Assembly: GCA_050084515.1 (NCBI GenBank)
Contig: CM114271.1
Coordinates: 26,536,001-26,600,000, forward strand
Length of the DNA stretch: 64,000 nucleotides
Direction of reading: 5' to 3'
Origin: Blasia pusilla
Lineage: Eukaryota
Shown piece after piece: positions 12,838 to 27,090 of the stretch (positions are counted from its first letter, which is position 1; the number at the start of each line of letters is the position of its first letter). The notes beneath the pieces were generated by a model. The model saw only the letters and a program-made list of their open reading frames with translations, was not told the DNA's origin and made no database searches. Made by a program: the position numbers and the translations under genes.

Positions 12838-15800
12838 CTAACGTATGTGCTTCGCTTGTGTTCGCTTGAAGTCACGCAACAACTCTTGTGCGTGTTCCAA
12901 ATCCGCCTCCGCAATCCAAGTCGCCTCCTTCACATGGTAGCCCTTCCATTTTACCATGTATTCATACTTGTTGGCCCGACGCCTCGAACGTAAGATGGTC
13001 TCTACCTCAAACTCCGGCTCTTCATTTACGATGACCGGGTGCAGTCTCACCACCTGTCTCCGCTCGAAACGTCCATTATCTTGAAGATATTTCTTCAACA
13101 ATGACACATGAAAGGTCGGATGAATCTTGAACTCGTCCGCAGCCTCAACGTATACACATCCTCAAACGGGTTTGCCACAATCACATACGGTCCAAAGATA
13201 CTTGGTGATAAAGCCCAGACAACTCTTTCGGAAGAGTGAGATTTTGTACACTCAACCACACTTGTTCTCCAACTTGAATCGTGACTTGGCGCCGACTCTT
13301 GTTAGCATGCTTAACGTACCTCCTTTGAGCCTTTGCAAGACTTAGCCTCGCCGGCGCTCTTCTTGTTTCGCATCTCTACCAACAAACCTTCTCGCCGCTT
13401 GTCGTGTTTGTGCCAATGTAGTACCCTTCGAAGGGCTAGATCAAGAGGCCCTTCGCTCTCGTCCATTTGCCAGGAGAAACGGAGATTCTCCATTGCGAGA
13501 ATGCTTGGTCGAGTTGTAGCAAAGATTCCGCCATGCTCACCACACGACCCAATCGCGTTGATCAACACCGACATAATTCCTCAAATCCGATTCACGATAG
13601 AGTTTACCTTTTCATGGGTCCATCCGTCTATGGGTGGAAAGCCGTCATGAAACTCAGCTTGGTCTTAAACCTTCGAACAAGTGCTTCTAAAGCACGGTAA
13701 ACTTTGATCCCGATCGACACAATGCTCCTCGGCAAACCATGAGCACACCACCGCCTATCGAGGAATAGTTGCGCCGTCGTATACGCCGTTGCGGAATCCA
13801 CCGTCGGCACGAATCTCGCCAACTTGCTAAACCGATCAACAATCACAAGTATAGCGTTGTAGCCCCCAGATTCCGGAAGACTCGTGATGAAATCCATACT
13901 CACACTTTGCAAGGGTCCTTCGGGATCGGCAAGGGATGCAAAGCAAGCCCATTTCTTATCATAAGAGACTCTATTTAAGGTGTCACACAGGTCTTCACAT
14001 ATTGAGCAACATCCTCCTTCATGTTGGGCCAAAAGAACCGTTGAAAATGCAGCCTAGCGAGATTTCTCTCCTTTATGTCCTGCCAGGGCCCGTCGTGACA
14101 TTCCGCTAACACCTTGGTTCGCATTCTTGCCTTGCCCTACATAGATCCTACTCTGTTTGAACCTTAGTAAACCGTGCCTCAAACTTATGTTGGCCACCTT
14201 CTCACCCCGCTTCAACTTCCTCGGTATTCCCCGCTTGAGCATCCTTCATATATCCTTCACTTAATCCTTCTCTCTAGATCTGTTTCCTTAGGGAACATTG
14301 CTCTCAAGACTGTGTCGCCGATGGCATGTGTTCCTCCTTGCGACTTAACGATCTGGAATCACATTATCTTTACCTAGCTTGTGGATCAACTCTACATCCA
14401 TCGCGCAAGGTATCATGCCACCGCAGATTGTTTCGGTGTCACTCGATCCTGGGTCTCAAAATACTTGAGTGATATATTATCGGTGAATACTCGAGTCCTG
14501 TGGAGCCCTAGATAATGCCGCCACTTCCTCAAGCAATGTACCACCGCGAACAACTCTTTCTCGTGAGTAGGCCATCTCCTTCAAAGTGTCGCTAAGCTTC
14601 TTGCTCTCATATGCCACCGGTCTCCCTTCTTGCACCAATATTCCGCAACCGCGAAATCACTAGCATCGGTATGATGCACTTGAACGGTTTGTCAAACTCC
14701 GGCAGCTTTAACACTCGGGTTCTGCGATAGAATCGCTTCACTCAGTTGAATGCCTCATTAACTTCCCTGGGTCCAAGTCGTGTTGGCAAACTTTTCTGTC
14801 CAATCCGTGAGAGGTCTCACAATCCCGAAAAGTTTTTCACATAAGTACGATAAAATTGCACCGCACCTATGAACCTCCTCATCCCTTTACAAAGGTGGAT
14901 GGGGTTCCCACTGAAATCGCCTTTACCTTTTCCATGTCTGAACGACGCCATCTGACCGACCACGTGACCCAAGAATTTGATCTTACTCAAACCAAATTCG
15001 CTCTTCTCTACATTCGCATACTGGATGATTTGCCCTTAGCTTAGACAAGACCGCTCTCACATGTCTAACGTGCTCCTCTAGTGACTTGAATAGATAAGTA
15101 TGTCATCGATATAGATGATAACATACTCATCCATTTCCTTGTGAAAAATGGAGTTCATCAATGTGGTGAACGCCGGAGGTGCGTTACATAGACCGAAAGG
15201 CATCACTACAAACTCAAAGGAACAGATCTCGTCCCCGCACGCAGTCTTCTCCACATCCGCCTCGGCAATCCGAACTGGTAATATCGACTTCAAGTCAATC
15301 CTACTGAAATATCTTGCGCTGCCACCTATCAAAGAGATCATCTATCCTTGGAAGAGGATAATTGTTCCAAACCGTCACTTTGTTGGCACGGTAATCAACA
15401 CTGACCTCATCTTTCCATCCTTCTTCTTTACAAAGAGAACAGTGCTCCATAGGGTGACTTGCTAGTCCTAATGTAACCCTTTTCCAAGAGCTCACTTAAC
15501 TGCTTTTTCAACTCAAGAAGTTCCTCCTCATTCAACCTATATGGTGCTTTTGAAGGCGGTTGGGAACCGGGTTTGATCTCTATCTTATGATCTACGGCTC
15601 TATGCGGCGGCAATTCAGTCGGAAGCTCATTTGTCAAGACATCCTCAAACTCCTTGACCACTTCCTGGAGTGGTTCTGGGATTCCCTTTGAAGGAGTGTC
15701 CTGATCTCTGCGTATACTGCTTGTAGCCTCCTCCACTTGTCTCATCAAGCAGAGAAATCCATCCTCCAACTCAGTCATGCTCCTCCTTGTGATCGAGTTC

Positions 15801-17400
15801 ACCAACTCCATCTTCGCTGGAACCTCACGGACCAACCGCACTCAGAATCGTTTGCCTTTTAGCAAGACGCTCAACCTCAATGGTCGGCGTCTTAACTCCA
15901 CCTCATACGCATCTAGGAATGTATTCCCCAAAACTCCGTCAATGCCGTCCATTTCGCATACAGTGAAATTCTCCTTCAACTCGAATACCCCGCATCCTAC
16001 TGTCAAACCCAAGACCAAATCAGAAGTCCGATGAGACTTGCCTCTTGCAAATCCCACTCGAATGGGCTAGTCCGCCTTAGAGGTAGACAGCCCCAGTTCC
16101 TTCACGATTCTCGAGCTTAGGAAGGAGTGCGAAGCACCTGTATCCATGAGCAACAACACATCGCGATCAGCAATCTTGGATCTTAGGTACACCAAATTGT
16201 GCGTCCTCTTGGTGACTTGAAGGGATGTCTCGAGATCGCCCGCCAACAGATGCTTAGCAGCAAACGCAATCATACTCCCATTACTAACCTTCCGTTTCGA
16301 ACACCCTTTCGACAGGTGCCCCGGTTCGCCACAGTTGTAGCATACGACCTTGCCGTTTCCTGTCTTTGAGTGTTGTCCTCCTTTCGCCGCATGCGTTCCA
16401 CTCGTTTTGCTGCCGGGGCAGACGACTCTCCTGGTTCGTGCTGGCCCCCACTCGAGCCTCTTTTGAACGCCTCCTTATTTTTCGACTTCTTCGAAAAAAC
16501 TTTTGACTCGAAGGGTTTCTGGGTTTGGACCTCATCGTCCCCAATCCGCTCCGCTTAGCTTCGAAGGTCCGCGCAGTCTCTGGCAACGCGTCGACATTCG
16601 GTAAAGGGGGCCTTCGCCGGCTTGAGTCCACTAATGAAGATAGCCTTCTTCGGCGTGCTCATCCATCTTCGGACTAGAAGTCGGGCCGACTAAACTCCCT
16701 CACATACACGCTTAAGGAACCACTCTGCCGCATCCGCACGCATTCCACCGTGTCACGCAACCCTTGGTACTCCGGAGTGAACCGATCCCCAATCAACTCC
16801 TTGAACTCCTCCCAACTCAGAGGTGACTCGCCGCCCAGATATTCCTCTCGTTGAGCGGTCCACCATTGTAGAGCATGATCCTTCAGGAAAGTAATGGCTA
16901 CTGTCACCTTGTCTCGCTCACCGCCCTCTGCGCCTCAAATCGATTCGATTCCGTAAGGAAATCCTTCACTTTCATGAGCGCCCCACTCCAAATAAATGGC
17001 GTGGGCAAGTTCGTCTTTGCAGAGCTTTTGCCCGCACTCGGGTTTCGAGTGGCCTCTAACTCTGCAATCCGCTTGCTTTGCTGGGACATTTGCTCCACCA
17101 ACACCTTCAACAAGTCCAACGTCTGGCTCGACTCCGTCCTTTCCCCTGAGTTTGGGCCCACCGGCCCCGCAGAAGGAGTCGCCAATGGGACGTCCTCACG
17201 ACTGGCGTTCAGCTCTTCGGGAGTCTCCGTCTCCTCTATAGCTTCACGGTCCGGCATTGGTTCCTCTCTCGGTTCACGTCGCTTGATTCGGCGCTTCTTG
17301 GGTTGTTCTCCCTCGATCGCCATCTCCAAGCCAACTCACTCAGATCTCCTCCTCGTTTCTTGCGTCCCTCCTCGAGCATCCGAGTCTAGCCGCTACCTTG
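12838..17400 (-). pseudogene. Chromovirus gag-pol (frameshifted) ending in a chromodomain
   Basis: ORF fragments in the order gag, PR, RT, RH, INT; C-terminal EFEVETILRSRR..YEYMVKWKGYHVKEATWIAE chromodomain. Confidence 0.92.
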
Positions 17401-17472
17401 AAATTTCCCAAGCGTCTGGCTAATCCCACGACCCCAAGTTCTCGCTCACCAAGGATAAGCTCTCATACCACT

Positions 17473-18472
17473 TGTCGCGCTCCTACTCTCCTTGAACGTC
17501 AATCTTTAGTGTTGCGGAAGCGTGCGTTCAGTAGGTCACGAACTCATCGCCGATGTGCACCCAAACACGCACGCTTGTTAGTCGGGTTTGGCCAACCGGC
17601 GTTCCAACCCACCGAGTCCTCAACTCGACGTCTCATCAAGCTCAACCTTCCTTAGTTCCTAGCTCCCAACACATGGCAAGTCCTTCAAGACTTGGAACAG
17701 ACTTCCTGGTTAGTCCAAGGATTTGAAACGGCACTTGCACGCCTAGCGATCCCAACTGTTCAACGGTCCTCGTGTGAGTTCCGAACCGAGACCCAAGTAA
17801 TTGAGTCGCGGCGTGAAATCCAAGAGGGATGTCTAAAATCGCCTCAATGGACTTGGTGCAGGTTTTCCAACCCAACGCCCAAATTCGCGTTCCGTTCCAT
17901 GCCCTTGAGCCGCCCCGCGGCGCCCCAAAGGGTTTGGGTTCCAAGCACTCTCGGAGACCTTCCCCCTTACTAGTACTTCTGGGGTTCTCCAATAACCCCT
18001 CCCCTTTGGGAAAAGAGGTTCGGGCCCTTCATTGTGGCCCTCAACCCGACTCTACTTACAGTCGTTTTTGGGTCGTATCTCGGCCTCTGCTTATGCGTTT
18101 CTAGCGATCTTTGGTGCGTTTGGACCGGCTCTCCATAAGCTTTCCAACGCATACTTATTTGCTCCAAACGCATCTTGGCGCTAAAAGTTATGGCCATAAA
18201 TACAGTCGGAAACTCTCAAACGCAAGTGGCGTTCCAAATCCGGATCTTTCCTTTGGCAACCCACTTCCTAGACTCGACTTCTTTCAAGTCTCATTCCGCG
18301 TTTGGTCCAGGTTTCTGAGTCGCGACCATCACATCTGAAACGCGACTTCTCGCTCGCGTCTCGTCTCTTGTCTCCTCTTTGAGACAACTCCAACGTGCAA
18401 ACCATCTTAGCGTGAGCCCGCTAATGTTCCGATGTTCCGCTTGGCACTTGTTTGGTCATGAGGGTTGCGACA
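17473..18472 (-). repeat. 5' LTR of chromovirus
   Basis: tgtcgcg...tgcgaca, adjacent to the PBS. Confidence 0.95.
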
Positions 18473-20997
18473 TCCGTGGACTTACGTCCCTCCTATAGAA
18501 GTACTTGTCCGTGGGCCCCGTCTCTTCCTCCTTTCTCATCTCTGCCACTTGCCTTCATGATCTGCACTTTCTCATTTCTTCCTCCTCCTACCTCAATTCC
18601 CTCCCTCCTTATTGCCCCGCCCGCCATTGCCCTCCCTTCCACCATGAGCTATAAGTATAAAACCCACCTTTTGTAATTCATGTTTGCGGATCTGTCCAAA
18701 CTTGTCTATTTATATTCGCCCTAAGAACGACGTTGTCCATTTTTGTGATAAGGATTTTGCATTGGATAAGGATAAGAATTGAGGAACTTGATAACCATCA
18801 AACGTGGCCTTTATTTATATCTTTAAAGCACCTGCTATATTAGTTGCAATTTGTAAATAATAAAATGATTTCAACTAATTTTCTCTACCAAAAGTTTTTT
18901 TATATTTACATATTGAAGAAAAATGGTACGAGGAAGATTTAAGAATATTTCATGAAAATAGAAAATATTTTCTAACACAAATCTTAATTTTAGAAATAAA
19001 TCCATAGTGTTCTTTACTATTAATAGAGGCGGGGTTTATAGAAACTACATTTCTAATGTTCATAGGTGATGACATAAGAAGGGAGGGATGGAGAAAATAA
19101 CATGAGATGCGAGTGGAACGTAGGGTTGGTTGATTTTTTTGAAAATTTTATAGATTCTTTTTTGGATTTTCTATGTTTAATTATTTTATTTTTTAATATT
19201 TTTTTCTCTACAAATACTTGTTTTCCAAATTTTTCTTGAAGGTGTTATTTTGTTTTAGTGTATCTACTTTTTGTGATTTAATCTTTGATTTTTTTATATT
19301 TGAGATATTTATCGTAATTAAAATTTTTCTTAATGAATGTTAAAGATTTTGGGTGTCTTAGATATGACAAGTGAAGGGAGTGGATGGATGGGATTTAAAA
19401 AAAATTCCAATTTTTTTTTGAAGTTTTTTTTTCATGAATTCAAGTATTAATTTTAAAATTTATTTCTATAATTATGAGTGTTAAAAAAATTTAAAAAGGC
19501 TTGGGGAATTTATTTTTAATAAAATAATGAAATTTCTCTCCAATTATGTCATGATTTTTTTTATAATTCTATAATTAGAAAACATTGCCCATTGTTGGGT
19601 GGGGTTTAGGGTCTTAGAAAAAAATAATTAGAAGTAGAAAAAAAGTTATGCCACTTAAAACATGCATCCAAAATTCAAAAATTTCCTTTTTTTTCCCCTT
19701 ATAAACACCCAAAATTTCATTTTCCTAATCCCCCTTAAAGTAGGAGTTATCACAAATTTATGAATTTTGTCCCTCATATGGTAACTATGGCAACCCTAAA
19801 AAAAGTATCATTGTTTCATGCTTACATATTAAAATGGCAAGCCATTTTTTTCTGACAATTTGCGTAACCCCTTTCTCCAAATGGTCACAAAACCAACTTC
19901 TTCATTGGAACTTCATTCTACAATAGAAGAAACTTCTCCATGGACATAGGTCTCAATTCCTACAAAAACTTCAAGAGTAACTCTATTCTGATTTCTTCCA
20001 TCAAAATTTGCAAGTCTATGAATTAAACCCAACCCGTCCCAAGCCCCCAGCCCGCGTCGCGAGCGTGATGCGGGCCACACAATGGGTGCGGGTTCCAGAC
20101 GGGCTCACGTGTGGGCCGGGCATGTCGACCGACATGTCCGGACTTGTCCATTTCCGTGCAACCATGCTACTTTGTCATGCTCGCATATCTCATTTGAGCC
20201 CTTGCCTCCAACTGCCATCTTTTTTACCCTTATCCCCCTTCTTCCTCCTCCTCCTTATCCAACCTCTTATCCCCTTATCATTGTCTATCATCCTCTCATG
20301 CACCTTCTACTTGCTCTCCTTACAACCCTTCTACTTGTACATCTATGCCAAAGGCTTGTTGCATATCTTGTGGTAAGGAGTTTGCTCCAATTGGGATCAA
20401 AAGACATTAGTGGTTTTGTCTATCCATGCATGCGCTTTCAATCCCTAACTTGATACCAAATTTGATTGTGCTCCCCAAAACAACTTCTTAGACTGGGTTA
20501 AGCTAAATTGATATTCTTTGCTCTTTCCACCTCGGTCTCCCTTGTTGTAGACTCTATACATGCATTCCTACTGCTCTTCGCCCCATCGCCCAACAAGCAC
20601 TCAAGGACTTTATTGTTCAAATGGATTACTTGCTCTTGCACGAGCTTAGATAGGGGCATTTTTATTAAAAAATAAGATAGGGATTTTTTTTAATAAAATT
20701 GCCCATATATTAACCCTTATCCTAAGATAGGGGTTTTATTGCTAATTTCATACTCATATGTAAGCAAGGGGTAACACAATCCAAATTTTGTGTTAAAAAA
20801 GGGATATAATTGATAAATTCATAGAATTATTATATTTTAAATATAACTTTAATATCATAAAACTTAAAAAAATAAATCAATAAAATAAAAAGATAATAGT
20901 AAGGAAACAAAAATATACTAATAATTTTTAAATACCAAAACTTTGAGACATCATGTATCTCTAGATCTAATAATAATTTATTTTCAAGGCCAAAAGG

Positions 20998-21159
20998 CAA
21001 GGTTACGCACGGACAGAGTCCGTGTTTGCAAACATGTACATGTTCGCGGACTTATGTCCATCTTGGAGACGGACATGTGCGTGCGAGCCTGGGTACCTGC
21101 AACATGTCTCTGCACATGTGCGTCCCATGGATGGACTTATCCGTTGTTGTGCAATCTTG
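20998..21159. mobile_element. hAT-type MITE with 8-bp TSD
   Basis: Imperfect TIR caaggttac../..gcaatcttg flanked by an exact CCAAAAGG duplication (20990-20997 and 21160-21167). Confidence 0.85.
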
Positions 21160-22236
21160 CCAAAAGGCCTCCTATTAGTGAGTAAAATTTGAAAATCCTG
21201 AAGGCAAACTTTGAAGGATTTTCAATACATGTTTTCCATGATTGGAGCCATTCACATTTGATCTTATGCATTTTACAACTTCAAAAAAATTCCGAAGGAA
21301 ATCCAACAACCCAAACTCATGTTATGAACTCTTCAAGATGCAGTCAGCCAACTCGAATCGAATGATACAACTTTTTCTGTGATCATTTGCAAAATCTAAA
21401 ACTTGCATGGACATATGGTGGATATGGATGGATAAAGTGCAAGGTATTTGAGAAGTTTGAAGATTTTATGGCATTGAGATGTTGGCCTAAAACTTTTGGG
21501 TCCATCCAATAGTAATATTAAGCTCTCTGGCTATTGTAAATAAAAATTAATTTAATGCCCTCCATAATTTCCACTAGAAATCTTGTAGCAATACTTTGGC
21601 TTGGGTCATGTAAACACAACATGACCATCATCCATCCAAAAAAGCTAAAACTTTTTGGTAGTTGACTTTTTGCAAGATGCTTTGCATTGAACAAATGGGA
21701 CAAAGTTTAAATACATTAAAATGAGGAAGAAGAAAGTTTTTTCCCTTCCATTACGGCATTAGGTTTTGAAAGAAGTGGGATGGATATTTATTGCAACAAA
21801 GGAGAGAAATGGCATCATGGGGGATACGTTTATATTTTTTTGTTGAAGACGAAACTAGGGCGAAAGGTTGTGTGAAGTAAGTTCCCAAACACTTTTCATT
21901 ACCTTTAACTAGTTGATAACTTGACTTATAAAGCATACGATGATTTTGAAGTGCAAATTGCCAATATGGAGAGAAATGAATATTCATTTCTCTCCTTGTG
22001 GCACTTGGGAATAAAAGTGGGATACTCTCTTGGGAATGGTTGGAAACAGAGATTGGAAATGGTTGGAAACAGAGATGAGGGATACAAGAAAATTATGTCC
22101 ATATTTGAGAGTCATACCATCGGTAGTTATGCTTGTGTAATTGTTTTTAACCCTCTATGTGGGAAATTTCATACACTAGTTTAATTTTTTGTGCAACTTG
22201 CATATCTAATAGCTTTACAACCGATTGGGTAAGGGC

Positions 22237-22508
22237 CATGGTTGCACAAAAACGAACAAGTCCTTCCTTAAGACGGACATGGGTTTTAAGAGGTGGGACC
22301 AACATGTGTAGTCCATGATGGAAGGCAAGGATGAGAGGAGCAATGAAGGAGGAGGGAGTGGAGGTGGAGGGAGGAAGAAATGGGGGAGTATGGAACATGA
22401 GGGCAAGTAAAGGGAATATAAAGAAAGGAAAGATGGGGCCATATGGACAAGTCCTTCCATAGGACGGACATAAGTCCACGGACACGGACTTTGTCCACAT
22501 GCAACCCG
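22237..22508 (-). mobile_element. hAT-type MITE, same family, inverted (related copies near 11095-11144/18478-18700 and ~20030-20330)
   Basis: catggttgcac...tgcaacccg ends and shared ggacttatgtcc/ggacttgtcc motifs. Confidence 0.6.
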
Positions 22509-24285
22509 TCCGTATGAGCCCCACATTGAGTTGGATTGGATGGCGGTTCACTTTACATGAATATCCTAATGGGAATTATGTAGGGTTTGGTGATCTAGAT
22601 CCTCCTCATTGCGGGAAGAAATTTTTGAACCCATTGGATAGAGCAAGCTATCCACTTAGTCTATGTTAGGTCCTTACATAGCATCTTTAAAATACGTACA
22701 AATTTTTATAACCTTTATGAAAACTAGCAACATAATCTGAAATTTGATGATACAAGAAGAAGGGAAAAACAAAATTGGGGTTCCGCCTAGTGTGTTGCAA
22801 GTAGGGGAGTGCAAGATTTTCTTCATAATTTGCAAAACCAACAAGATTACATTCTTGGCAGGGAAGAACTTCAGGTTAAGAGATCTATCCATCAATCTCA
22901 ATCTATGTTGATTATATTGATGTTTTATTTTCCTATGATTGCGTGAAGGATAATTTATGGGCTCGGATCATGATGTGTTTAATTTCTCATTATTTCTACG
23001 ATTATAGAGGTTGTGGTTGAAGTTATGTATTGACATATACTCTGAAAATTAGTATGCAAGCGTTCTATGGTGTGAATATGTCGTATCACCATTTATGATT
23101 TGTCTCTTCAGAGACAAATATGCTTCATCTAATAGGATCTAATTGTTGTGAAATCTTCTCTTCTAAAGTTGGATGGATAGCGGATCATGAGTGGAATTAC
23201 AATTTTGGAGTTATGATGAATTGAGTCTTAGTTTGAATAGAATTGCTACATTAGAGTAGGGTGTAGAAGGGTTGAATTTGGGAAAGGCTCACAAGAAAAT
23301 GGAACATATTTGGCATGACTTATATCTTCTCCTTCCATGCTAATTATTAATGATGTTAGATGATTATAGATGTGTTGCCATAGATGATCTTTTGGTGGAT
23401 GCCACGATTAAGTTGTACAAGTATTAAAAGCTATACGGGTAGTTAATGTCAACTTTCAAACAATTTTTTTTGCCCTCTAGTAATGGTTTACGTACAAGCT
23501 GGGCCTTGAAGTGGATTCTATGGGAGGCACAAAATATTTGCATCAAGTTAGAAATGAATTCACATACATGAGAGATTCATACAAGGTGGTGGAATACAAC
23601 TTGGGTGATAGAGGTCCGAATTTGGAAAAAAGATATCATTTAATATCCATATGGAATTGGGAATCTTATCATGATAACAAAGCGAAACCAGAAGATCAAG
23701 CTATACCTCTTTAGGCTTCAAACCTTGGGAGCTCAAACTTCCCTCCTCCGACTCAAGATGGAAATGGAAACGACTAGAATCTAGTTGACAACGTATTGTG
23801 GAACATGAGTGATACTAGTCCTACTTTACCTTGAGATGATGATATGCAAGATGATGAATGGAATGGTATTGATATTGTTGGGAATGAAATTGGTGTTGAG
23901 GGTAGGTTAGATATGCAAGTCCAATCTTGTTGGTCACTTATGGGAAATCCTTCTCTTTCAAAAGATAGATTGAAAAGAGTTCCCTGTATGTATTGATGGC
24001 TCATATGACATGATACATTGATGGGCAAGAGCAACTATATATCCTAGCTTTGATTACATAAGCAACCTCTTTGTCCAAGAGTTTATCTCGTTATGTGTTG
24101 AGGCTGATTTTGGATATCACGTGATGTGGTGGTAACACATTCCAACTTGGTGTGTTGAGCTACGCATACGAAAGATTTTGCAACTCAAGCAACACCAAGA
24201 ATCAAAAAATTAAATTATGTTGTGAAATATAAATTTATTTGAGTACATACAAATATTTTTTAAAACTTTCATAATAACACGAACC

Positions 24286-24403
24286 CGCCACTTCCTCAAA
24301 AATCATTCTTGTACTCTTTCCCAATCCATGTTGGAAGCCTCACACGCCACTTCCTGAAGAATCATTCTTGCACTCTTTCCCAATCCATCTTGGAAGCCTC
24401 ACA
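24286..24403. repeat. 60-bp tandem duplication
   Basis: cgccacttcct..aatcattcttg.actctttcccaatccat.ttggaagcctcaca occurs twice. Confidence 0.9.
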
Positions 24404-24913
24404 TAAATGTTATGTCTTGGAGTAATCCATCTCAAGTGGTCAGGGGATTTCTTGTGAGATTTAGCTAGATATCTCGTTTAACTACATTCTTAGGGTCTTT
24501 TATGGAATCTAGAATTGTATGGACGAGAAGACTAAAGAGTGCTTCTACATGCACGCACAAGGTGACCACTACTAACAGCTGACGTTGGTAACCCTTCGCG
24601 AATCGCATGACAATTTCTTCTCGTTATAAGCTTTCCTGGAACGCGATCAAGAGAGGCGAGAACACCACCGCAATTATAGCGTTCTTCCGAATGCTTGGAG
24701 TTCCAAATCGATCGACTCGTGCTTGTCTCATCCACTTCATCCAATCTAGGAGGGTGAAGTGACATGCTACCAATCTGTTCTCCGTCTAGGCTCACTACCG
24801 ATCTATCGCAGCCGCATTGGTCGACATTTCTCGAACAGCTTAGTTCGAATATTCTGAATCCTCCATGGTTTTTCTTTGGGTGGCCGATCATAGTGAGTAA
24901 TCAAGTTAGACTG

Positions 24914-24918
<5 letters not shown>

Positions 24919-24953
<35 letters not shown>
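24919..24953. repeat. (AG)n microsatellite
   Basis: Direct reading. Confidence 0.95.
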
Positions 24954-24956
<3 letters not shown>

Positions 24957-25459
24957 TAGACTTATGGTGGGTGTGCTGCTACAGGGGAAATATTCGACCG
25001 TCGATGAAAGTGCGAGGCTGGAGGTGTAGCCTTCTCTGAAGAGTTTGGTCTGGCGTACGAGAAAAGTGGCGCACAATTTCCGCCTGGTTTTTATGAGTGA
25101 AGTGAACAAGCAACAAGAAGACCGCCTGGTGAGTTTGGCATATTCATTCCCCACCAGACTTGTGAGTCAGGTGATCACCCTAAACTCACTACACAGTGAG
25201 TTTCTCGCTTTGAAACATGAGATGAGATTGTCCAGCAGTTCGTACATCTGATTTTCTCCTGGGAGCTCTAGTCGTGCCTGGCGGACGCTTCTTAACACGA
25301 ACTGACGCTCTTTAAGGATTCAGAAGAACTCGATTGGAGATGACAGGTGATTTTCGGGCCAGCACTTGTGGTTACAGGTTACACAGAGGTGGATCCATAG
25401 TCCCTCGACGACCCCTGAGATTGAAGGCCTTTCAACGTCTCACGAAGGATGGCGTTAGC

Positions 25460-25920
25460 ACATGTCGAAATGGCGTGGCCGGAATGATTGCGCAGTCTGT
25501 GGCTGCGATGTAGAGTTGCATCGAAAGAGTGGAAGAGCGTTGCGTTACTTTGTGGATCTCATCAGATCCAATCCATCAGGCAACTCGAGTTTTGAATTCG
25601 AATGCGTGGCTTTCTTGGCGTTCGGCCATGACGTGACACGGAATCCGATGTACAAAACAAGGAGTGTTTGGAGCTCATTCGATGAAACGTTTCATCCCTG
25701 GCTGCAAAAATGCCCCCACCGGAAGAAGGGGTTGTCGACGTCATGGGGCGACTCAGATTTCTCTTGAAGGACAAGGCCGTGCTAGTAATTCTAGACGATG
25801 CCTGGAAGGCCAAGCCTCTGGAAGCATCCGTGGAATTTAAAGGACCAAAGGTGAAATATCTGGTGACTACACAGGTTGCCAAAATTGCGGAAAGGCTCAC
25901 GGAGGAAGGTGGTGGAAATG
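25460..25920 (+). pseudogene. NB-ARC (NLR-like) gene relic
   Basis: LLKDKAVLVILDDAW (kinase-2/Walker B) followed by KYLVTTQ (RNBS-B). The P-loop region upstream is degraded and frameshifted. Confidence 0.65.
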
Positions 25921-27090
25921 GAGAACATCAGTCTCGAAGACTCCAGGAAAACATTCGCCGCTCACATAGGGACAAGAACTACAACAAATTTTCCGGATTC
26001 GTACTTCATTCCCCTTCATATTGTCGATGCAAACTTTCCAAACAAGTGATCCCATTTTGTGACAGATTATGAGGGTTGGATACTTACCGCTGTACTCTCC
26101 AGCAAGCTGAGCACATGTTCAAAAATCAGATTGGATGCCCGTCTTTCCCAGTCCTTTCGTCCCAGCAAGCATGATAGTTGGTTTCCCTTGATGCAGACGG
26201 CTGCAGATACGATAAATTGGGCAGGTTCAAGGAAACTATGGCTAGCTCGTACCTTGCGTGGTCGCAGAGCCCCGTTGTGAGAGGAATGGAGGGAAGCGTC
26301 CCACGCACTTTCACGTGTGCTCCAAGAGTCTGAAGACAGTGAAAGTCTAGTCGTTCTTTTCTGGGCGAAAGACTTGAATGGTGAGACCGAGTGCATATCG
26401 TAGCGCTCCACAAATTTACGAGTTATCGTCCCGATCCCTCATGTACGCGCCTGCACGTCATGGCGCCGCCGTTGCACCATTCCCAGAGTTAGGGAAGTTG
26501 ACTTAATTGCACCCTTGAATATTACCTCCAAACTTTTGTCCGAGTCTACGTGGAGCTTTCAAATGGGGTGGCAACTTTACTACGTTCATTTTTTTACGTT
26601 CATTTTTTTACGAGAGGGGGTAAGTTTCTGGCATACGGGTAATTTAAAATATTTAACCGGTTTTGGAAGGTAGCATTTGAAATCCACGCCAATTTGTGGG
26701 GGTTTTTTTTTCTTTCAAAAATTCACTTTTTTACACATGTCATTTCCGATCACCCGGAATGTTATTCGGCCGATATCCGGGATTTTCAAAACCAACGGGA
26801 AAATTTTGGACTTCATTTCTACTAGACTTGAACTCTTTTGGAATCATGACTTCATTTTTAATGTAAAGATTCATTTCAGATCTTTTAAAAAAATCATCCT
26901 TGGCAGGAATTGAACCTGGCTAAGGATCTTTCCCCTCCAGAAGAGAAAAGGGACCTCTAACCCTAAACTTTCCCCCTCATCTTACATATCCACAACAACT
27001 TCACTTGGGTCTAAAGCATCTAAATTTACACGTACCTCCGGTGGAATTTCTATCTCATAAACATATCTCTCAGGATTGGCATAAACATAC

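Larger units (their letters stand above)
11145..18472 (-). mobile_element. Full-length Ty3/Gypsy chromovirus LTR retrotransposon
   Basis: LTRs 11145-12146 and 17473-18472 (TG..CA), nearly identical, with TSD TCCGT on both sides. PBS TGGTATGAGAGC is one mismatch from tRNA-iMet, and a PPT lies beside 12147. Domains: gag with CCHC, protease LMDTGASH, RT YIDD, RNase H, integrase SMDFITSLP, chromodomain. Confidence 0.97.

Noticed and set aside
19011-19050. Possible second Helitron 5' end (tctttactattaatag)
   Set aside because: Preceded by T rather than A, and no matching 3' hairpin-CTRR end was identified.
21500-24250. Short AT-rich ORFs as genes
   Set aside because: No recognisable motifs; probably old TE debris.
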